A DNA stretch of 32,000 bases from Horticoccus luteus. Lineage in GTDB: Bacteria; Verrucomicrobiota; Verrucomicrobiia; Opitutales; Opitutaceae. Within the stretch, counting starts at the first letter, position 1. Every line of letters starts with the position of its first letter. Made by a program: the position numbers and the translations under genes. The notes beneath the pieces were generated by a model. The model was not told where the DNA came from, ran no database searches, and worked only from the letters and a program-made list of their open reading frames with translations. The stretch lies in assembly GCF_019464535.1 (NCBI RefSeq), contig NZ_CP080507.1, positions 1,110,001 through 1,142,000 of the forward strand. The letters are read 5' to 3'. Positions 26,581-32,000 of the stretch are shown piece by piece.

Positions 26581-27648
26581 TCAGGAATGAGAGGAGAGGT
26601 CGAGCCAAGCCGGATGCGCCTCCGCATGCGCGGCGATCTCGGCGAAAATCTCGGCCGCGGAGGTCTGCGGCCGCCAGTTCCACCGGCGCGTCGCTTGGGC
26701 ATGGTCGAGCACGACCCACGGCAAATCGAAGGGGCGGGGCGCCAGATCCGCAGCGACGGGATGCGCTCCGAAACGCTCCTCGCACCACGCGCTCAACTGG
26801 CGCAGCGAGGTCGCGCTGGACACGCCGCCGGAAAAATTCGCCACGCGCTCCTCGGTGGGCAGCGCGGGCGAGGAAAATTGTTGGACGAGTGCCGGGATGA
26901 GGTCGCGCGGGTGGAGGCAGTCGCGCACTTGCCAGCCTTGGCCGCCGAACCCTATGTAACGCAACGTGCGGCGACGCAGGTAGCTGTTAATCCAAAACGC
27001 GAAGATGCCTTGATCGGCGCGCCCGAACTGGCCGGCCCCGGCGAGCACGCCGCAACGGTTGATAAAGACAGGCAGGTCGAAGGCGGCGCCGTATTCCAGA
27101 GCGAGTGCTTCGCTGGCGAGTTTCGTGGCACCGTAAAGCGACACGGGGGCTTGCGTGGAAAACGTTTCAGCCACACCGGCGGACGTCAGACCGGCGGGCA
27201 GAGTCGCGTCATGGCGGGGACGAAAGGCATCGTGGACGGGCTCGACGGCGAGCTGGGCGAGCGGAGCGATGGAGTAAACGCGGCTCGTGCTCAGGAGGAT
27301 GAAGCCGGCGCGATGCGTTTTGCAGAATTCCAGCAGGTTGACGGTGCCGCCGAGATTATGCTCCACGACTTGGCGCGAACTGCTGCGGCCGTCGATCCCG
27401 GCGAGCACGCTGGGGTTGGCGGCGGCGTCGATGACCCAGTCAACGGGGCCGAGCGCCTCAAGATCGCTCGCGTTGCGCAAGTCGCCATGGACCAGCTTCA
27501 CGCCCGCGGACCGCAGGGCGTCGCGGTTGGTCTCGCTGCCGGCGCGGCAAAAGTTATCGAGCCCGCAAACGGTGTCGCCGCGGTGGGCCAACGCCGACGC
27601 GAGAGTGCAACCGACGAAGCCGGCGGCGCCGGTGACCAAGAGCTTCAT
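26581..27648 (-). CDS. NAD-dependent epimerase/dehydratase (extended SDR; CDP-paratose 2-epimerase-like)
   Basis: Rossmann motif MKLLVTGAAGFVG and catalytic YGATK (YxxxK). ATG at 27648. Confidence 0.88.
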   Translation of the reverse strand: MKLLVTGAAGFVGCTLASALAHRGDTVCGLDNFCRAGSETNRDALRSAGVKLVHGDLRNASDLEALGPVDWVIDAAANPSVLAGIDGRSSSRQVVEHNLGGTVNLLEFCKTHRAGFILLSTSRVYSIAPLAQLAVEPVHDAFRPRHDATLPAGLTSAGVAETFSTQAPVSLYGATKLASEALALEYGAAFDLPVFINRCGVLAGAGQFGRADQGIFAFWINSYLRRRTLRYIGFGGQGWQVRDCLHPRDLIPALVQQFSSPALPTEERVANFSGGVSSATSLRQLSAWCEERFGAHPVAADLAPRPFDLPWVVLDHAQATRRWNWRPQTSAAEIFAEIAAHAEAHPAWLDLSSHS

Positions 27649-27697
27649 TCGCAGCAGCAAAGCATTCCGCCCGGTGGGGAGAAAGGCGAAATTCCGG

Positions 27698-28243
27698 CTA
27701 CTTTGCGGCTTTGGCGGCGGCGGCTTTGCGCTGGGCTTCTTCGTAGGCCTTGCGCTGCTGCAAGCCGATCTCGAGCAGGTCGCTCACGAGCATGCGCGCT
27801 TCGCGTTCCTGCTCGGCTTGCGTGAGCAACGGCGCCGGCGCGCCGTCGGGACCGCTGGCGATGACGCTGGGCGCGAGGGGCGCGCTCGCCGGCGCGGTGA
27901 CGATGGTGGCCGTACGCAGCTTCAGTGTTTTCACCTGGCCTTTCGCGCGCACGACGACGGTGTCGGTCTTCAAATCGCAGCTAAGCACTTCGATGTCGTC
28001 GACAGTTTTGCCGACGGGGATCCAGAGGCTGCGCTTCGTCTGCGAATCGGTGAGGTTGACGAGAACCGATTCACCGGAGGCGATCACGCCTGACAACTGC
28101 AACGTCTCCGGCGGCGGCGCGATGAGTGTGGCGCCAGCGGGAGGGAGAAAGGGTGAATCCGTCAACATCTGCGCTCCGGCCAGCGGGACGCCCACGAGGG
28201 CGGCGGCGAGGGTGAGAAGAGAAAGGCGGAGAGGCGGAGTCAC
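27698..28243 (-). CDS. Secreted hypothetical protein (181 aa), first gene of the epimerase/GT2 operon
   Basis: Signal peptide MTPPLRLSLLTLAAALVGVPLAGAQ, a beta-rich central segment (..LQLSGVIASGESVLVNLTD..VVVRAKGQVKTLKL..), a Pro/Ala linker and a charged helical Lys/Ala tail. Confidence 0.6.
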   Translation of the reverse strand: MTPPLRLSLLTLAAALVGVPLAGAQMLTDSPFLPPAGATLIAPPPETLQLSGVIASGESVLVNLTDSQTKRSLWIPVGKTVDDIEVLSCDLKTDTVVVRAKGQVKTLKLRTATIVTAPASAPLAPSVIASGPDGAPAPLLTQAEQEREARMLVSDLLEIGLQQRKAYEEAQRKAAAAKAAK

Positions 28244-28441
28244 GGGGGAAAAGTCTGGAGCTTCGCCCGGTGAACGCCAGAGGAAATCCAGCCGGCGCGT
28301 CGGCGATCGGGCGCGCGGGGGAGCGCAAAATTTACGCGACCCGCGATGAGACTGTGTGGCGGGCGGAGTGGGCGGGCGAGGAGGGAAGGTGACACGTTTT
28401 CCCGCGTTGCAACGCGGCGGGTTGAGTCGTGCTATGGTCGC

Positions 28442-29437
28442 ATGTCTTCAGACGTGACGACGGATCGGGTGCGGTGCGGAGTGGCGGGCGTGGGCTCGCT
28501 GGGGCAGCATCATGCGCGCATTTACGCGTCGTTGCCGGGCGTGCAGTTTGCCGGCGTTTACGAGGAGAATGATGCGCGGGCGGCGGAGATTTGCGGGCGC
28601 TTCGGGTGCCGGCGGTTCGCGACGTTGGCGGAATTGGGCGAGGCGTGCGACGCGGTGTCGGTCGTGGTGCCGACCGACAAACACGCGGCGGTGGCGCTGC
28701 CGTTGCTCGCCGCGGGTTGCCATTTGTTGATCGAAAAACCGATTTGCGCGTCGCTGGCGGATGCGGAGCGCGTGCTGGCGGCGGCGCAGGCGGCGGGCGT
28801 GCTCGTGCAGGTGGGGCACATCGAGCATTTTAATCCGGTGATGGGCTTTCTGGAAAAGGAGGTCGCGGAGCCGCGGTTCATCACGACGGAGCGGCTGGCG
28901 CCGTTTACGCCGCGCGGGACCGAGGTCGGCGTGGTGCTCGATTTGATGATCCACGATATCGGCATCGTGTTGGAATTGGTGAAATCGCCGCTCGTGAAAC
29001 TGGACAGCGTGGGCGTGAGCGTGCTGTCGAAGACGGAGGACATCGCGAACGCGCGCCTGCAGTTTGCCAACGGCTGCGTGGCGAATCTGAGCACGAGCCG
29101 GATGAGTTTGAAGAAGGTGCGCGAGATTCGCGTCTTCCAGTCCTCGGCTTATCTCTCTTTCGATTTCATGAACCAGACCGGTCACCTCGTGCGCAAGAGC
29201 GGGATGTTGAGCTACGCCGCGCAACTGATGGCGGGGGCCGTGAAGCCGGGCGATTTGACGGCGATGCCGGTGGAGGAGATTCCGTTGCAGAAAGGCGAGC
29301 CGCTCGCCTTGGAACTGGCGCATTTCGTCGAGAGCGTGGCGCAGGTCAGGCAGCCGAAAGTCGGGGGCGCGCTGGGCAAGACGGCGCTCGAAGTCGCGAT
29401 CGCCATCACCGATCAGATTCGGAGCGGACAGCCATGA
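28442..29437 (+). CDS. Gfo/Idh/MocA-family NAD-dependent oxidoreductase, adjacent to lpxB
   Basis: From the ATG at 28442: ..RCGVAGVGSLGQHHARIY.. (Rossmann) and ..HLLIEKPIC.. (EKP motif of the family). The stop is 1-46 nt before the lpxB start. Confidence 0.85.
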   Translation: MSSDVTTDRVRCGVAGVGSLGQHHARIYASLPGVQFAGVYEENDARAAEICGRFGCRRFATLAELGEACDAVSVVVPTDKHAAVALPLLAAGCHLLIEKPICASLADAERVLAAAQAAGVLVQVGHIEHFNPVMGFLEKEVAEPRFITTERLAPFTPRGTEVGVVLDLMIHDIGIVLELVKSPLVKLDSVGVSVLSKTEDIANARLQFANGCVANLSTSRMSLKKVREIRVFQSSAYLSFDFMNQTGHLVRKSGMLSYAAQLMAGAVKPGDLTAMPVEEIPLQKGEPLALELAHFVESVAQVRQPKVGGALGKTALEVAIAITDQIRSGQP

Positions 29438-29483
29438 ATTGCGCCCGGACCACGGCGGTGGACAGCGAAAGGCGCGGGCCGGC

Positions 29484-30638
29484 ATGAGCGGTCGCGTAGG
29501 TGAATTACCGCCGCCGCCGGGCGGCGGCGTCGACGTGCTCTTCATCGCCGGCGAACATTCGGGCGACGAGCATGCGGCCAGGATCGTGGCGGACTTGCGG
29601 CGGGCGCGGCCGGGGGTGCGGGTGGCGGCGTTGGGCGGACCGGCGCTCGCGGCGGCGGGCGCGCAGGTGTTGCACGATTTGACGGCCTCGTCGGTGGTCG
29701 GGTTGGTCGAAGTGTTGAGAAACTACGACTATTTCAAGGCGCTCTTCGCGGCGACGCTGCGGTGGATCGAGACGCACCTGCCGCGGGTGGTGTGCTTCGT
29801 CGACTATCCCGGTTTCAACCTGCGTTTGGCGGCGGAACTCAGGAAGCGCGGTGTGACGACGAAGGGGGGCGGGCCGGTCCGCGCGTTGTTTTATATTTCT
29901 CCGCAAATCTGGGCGTGGAAACCGCAGCGGCGGTTTACGATGGCGCGCGATCTCGATGCGTTGGGGGTGATTTTTCCGTTCGAGGTGGCGAGCTACGCCG
30001 ACACGTCGTTGCCGGTGACGTTTCTCGGGCATCCTTTTGTGGAGGCGGGCTATGTGCCGCCGGTGCGTTACGAGGCGAAGGGGCCGGTGCTGCTGCTGCC
30101 GGGGAGCCGGAAGCAGGCGGTGGCGCGGATTTTTCCGGTGTTGCTGCGCGCGTTCGCCGCGCTCGGCGAACGTGAGGCGGTGGTGCTTTATCCGAGCGAG
30201 GCGATCCGGCGCGTGCTGCTCGCAGCGGGTCCGCCCGCCCACGTGAAACTCGTGCCGCTCGACGAACACGGCTCGCTGGGCGCGGCGGCGGTGCTCACGA
30301 GTTCGGGCACGATGTCGATGCACTGTGCGTTGGCGGGGATTCCGGGCGCAGTGGTTTATCGAGCGAATCCTTTGACGTATTTGATCGGCCGGCGATTGGT
30401 GAAGGTGCCGTATCTGGGAATCGCCAACCTGCTGCTGAAACAACCCATGTATCCTGAGTTCATTCAAGGCGCGGCGCGGCCGGGGGCGCTCGCGGCGGAA
30501 TTGCGCGCGTGTCTGCATGATCCGGTCCGGCGGGAGCGGACCGCGGCGTTGGCGGCGCAATTGCGCAGTGAACTCGGCGGCAGCGGACGGACACCACCGA
30601 CGGAATGGTTGAACGGTTTTCTCAGTCCTCGTGAATAG
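29484..30638 (+). CDS. lpxB: Lipid-A-disaccharide synthase
   Basis: ..VLFIAGEHSGDEHAA.., ..DYPGFNLRLA.., ..YISPQIWAWKPQR... The ATG at 29484 is preferred; the TTG at 29439 is possible. Confidence 0.9.
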   Translation: MSGRVGELPPPPGGGVDVLFIAGEHSGDEHAARIVADLRRARPGVRVAALGGPALAAAGAQVLHDLTASSVVGLVEVLRNYDYFKALFAATLRWIETHLPRVVCFVDYPGFNLRLAAELRKRGVTTKGGGPVRALFYISPQIWAWKPQRRFTMARDLDALGVIFPFEVASYADTSLPVTFLGHPFVEAGYVPPVRYEAKGPVLLLPGSRKQAVARIFPVLLRAFAALGEREAVVLYPSEAIRRVLLAAGPPAHVKLVPLDEHGSLGAAAVLTSSGTMSMHCALAGIPGAVVYRANPLTYLIGRRLVKVPYLGIANLLLKQPMYPEFIQGAARPGALAAELRACLHDPVRRERTAALAAQLRSELGGSGRTPPTEWLNGFLSPRE

Positions 30639-30642
30639 TCCC

Positions 30643-32000
30643 GTGCATATTCGCTCCGTCGGTGCGATCTCCGGCCGCCGTTATGCGCAGTGGGTGCCAC
30701 CGCTCGCGTTCGGCATCGCGCTGATCGTGGCGGTGGTCGGGGCGTGGATCGTGCGGGGGCAGCTGCACCAGAACGAGCGTGATCGGTTTCTGCGTATCGC
30801 GGGGCATATCGAGCCGGCAGTGGAGCATCAATTCAAGGAAGCCGCGGAAGCGGTGGCGGGCGCCCAGGCGTGGATCGCGGCCACGCCGGAGGTCTCGCGC
30901 GAACAGTGGTCCGCCTATTTCGATTCGCTCGCGCCGTATCTGGGGCGGGGCGTCGTGGGGCTGAGTTACGTGGAACGCGTGAAACGCGAAGATTTGCCGC
31001 AATTCGAGACGCGAATGCGTGCGGCGGGCGAACCGGAGTTCACGGTGGAGCGCAGCGGCGACAACCGCGAACACGCGGAGTTTTTTGTCGTCACGCGGGC
31101 CGAACCGCGCGAGCTCAACAGCCGTGCGCTCGGCTTGGACATCGGAGCGGGGCGCACGCGGCGGGCCGCGGCGGAGGCCGCCATGCGCAGCGGGACGGCG
31201 GTGATGTCGCGGCGCATCGAATTGATTTACGGCGACGATTCGGTGCCGGGCTTTCTGCTGCTGCAACCGGTGTATCGCGCAGGGGCGGACGTGAGCACGC
31301 CGGCGGCGCGCGAGCGGGCGCTCATCGGCTGGGTGTCGGCGGCGGTGGATCCGGCGTTGCTGCTCCAAGGGGTGCTCGGGGCGGCGGAGGGCGGGTTGGA
31401 ACTCGCGGTGTTTCAGGGCACGACCGCCACGAAGGAGACGTTCCTTTTCGACAGCAGCCAGCAGGTGCAAACCGGCCAGCAGGTGCCGACGTTGACGACG
31501 TGGGCGCGCGGGGGCTGGACGCAGACGATGCCGCTCGACGTGTTTGGCCAACGGTGGACGGTGTGGGTGACGAGCCGGCATTCCGAGGCGTTTGGACTGC
31601 CGCCGCTCGCGTTGACGGTGCTGGCGGCGGGCGTCGTGGTGGCGGCGCTGCTGGCGTGGCTTTTGCGGGCGGTGCTCTCGGCGCGCGAGCGGGCGCTCGA
31701 GCTGGCGGCGAAGATGACGGCGGACTTGCGCACGGCGCAGGCGGAAACGCGGCGACTGGCGATGGTGGCGAGTCGCACGGCGAGCGGGGTGTTGCTGGCC
31801 GATGCAGACTGGCGAATCGAGTGGGTCAACGAGAGCTTCACGCGGATGTTTGGCTACACGCTGGACGACGTGCGCGGGAGGCGCCCGGGGGAATTTTTGC
31901 ACGGGCCGGGCACGGACTTGGTGACGCTCAATGCGATCAACGCGGCGGACGGAGCGGTGCGGGCGGAATTACTGAACTACACGCGCGCGGGGCGGCCGAT
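30643..32000 (+). CDS. Membrane sensor protein with periplasmic CHASE domain and cytoplasmic PAS domain; 5' part only, continues past the window end
   Basis: It is absent from the ORF track because it has no stop in the window, so I translated it by hand. The order is TM1 (WVPPLAFGIALIVAVVGAWIV), a CHASE-like region (..VVGLSYVERVKREDLPQFE..ALGLDIGAGRTRRAAAEAAMRSGTAVMSRRIELI..PGFLLLQPVY..), TM2 (LALTVLAAGVVVAALLAWLL) and PAS (..ASGVLLADADWRIEWVNESFTRMFGYTLDDVRGRRPGEFLHGP..). The start is GTG at 30643 or 30631, after an in-frame TGA at 30610. Confidence 0.8.
   Translation, partial: MHIRSVGAISGRRYAQWVPPLAFGIALIVAVVGAWIVRGQLHQNERDRFLRIAGHIEPAVEHQFKEAAEAVAGAQAWIAATPEVSREQWSAYFDSLAPYLGRGVVGLSYVERVKREDLPQFETRMRAAGEPEFTVERSGDNREHAEFFVVTRAEPRELNSRALGLDIGAGRTRRAAAEAAMRSGTAVMSRRIELIYGDDSVPGFLLLQPVYRAGADVSTPAARERALIGWVSAAVDPALLLQGVLGAAEGGLELAVFQGTTATKETFLFDSSQQVQTGQQVPTLTTWARGGWTQTMPLDVFGQRWTVWVTSRHSEAFGLPPLALTVLAAGVVVAALLAWLLRAVLSARERALELAAKMTADLRTAQAETRRLAMVASRTASGVLLADADWRIEWVNESFTRMFGYTLDDVRGRRPGEFLHGPGTDLVTLNAINAADGAVRAELLNYTRAGRP

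Noticed and set aside
25596-27825. Plus-strand ORFs 25596..26900 (434 aa) and 26530..27825 (431 aa)
   Set aside because: They are antisense to the GT2 and SDR epimerase genes, with Arg/Gly/Ala-rich translations and no motifs.
28448-30560. Minus-strand ORFs 28448..29545 (365 aa) and 29505..30560 (351 aa)
   Set aside because: They are antisense to the Gfo/Idh/MocA and lpxB genes, and their extreme Arg/His/Pro content is not protein-like.
30622-31902. 426-aa minus-strand ORF at the window end
   Set aside because: It is an Arg/Pro/His-rich shadow of the plus-strand CHASE-PAS sensor, which has coherent TM and domain organisation.
1-32000. Search by eye for CRISPR repeats, IS/transposase or integrase genes, tRNA genes, toxin-antitoxin pairs or known defence genes
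   Set aside because: None was found. No regularly spaced direct repeats, no tRNA-like cloverleaf in the intergenic regions, and every sizeable coding region is accounted for by housekeeping or envelope functions.

Overview
This is a GC-rich bacterial chromosomal segment with strong G/C preference at third codon positions. That bias produces many long spurious antisense ORFs in the six-frame track. The content is mostly core housekeeping from a diderm (murJ, lpxB). A Verrucomicrobiota/Opitutales-like origin is my guess from the protein sequences and cannot be verified without a search. Gene order: murJ 3' end; OYE flavin oxidoreductase; nitroreductase; EamA transporter (-); 2-oxoglutarate dehydrogenase operon sucA-sucB-lpd (-); small ORF coupled to yciH/SUI1 (+); four-gene ABC ATPase / ABC-2 permease / GldG-like / DUF4340-like operon (-); rlmN (-); long-form leuA (-); ECF sigma / membrane protein / LTXXQ periplasmic protein (+); SRP RNA (ffs) directly upstream of dnaX (+); GGCT-like / PP2C phosphatase / 138-aa kinase-like protein operon (-); type II glutamine synthetase (+); ilvB (-); secreted protein / SDR epimerase / GT2 operon (-); Gfo-Idh-MocA oxidoreductase and lpxB (+); 5' part of a CHASE-PAS sensor (+). 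I saw no CRISPR array, IS element, integrase, prophage or recognisable defence island. The two observations most worth follow-up are described next. (1) dnaX carries an in-phase A AAA AAG heptamer inside an A10 run. The zero frame stops two codons later, and the -1 frame stays open for about 140 more codons, so full-length tau appears to need slippage. This is the reverse of the E. coli arrangement. (2) A translationally coupled trio encodes a minimal 138-aa protein-kinase-like protein, a PP2C phosphatase and a gamma-glutamylcyclotransferase-like protein, divergent from glnII. The rest looks ordinary.
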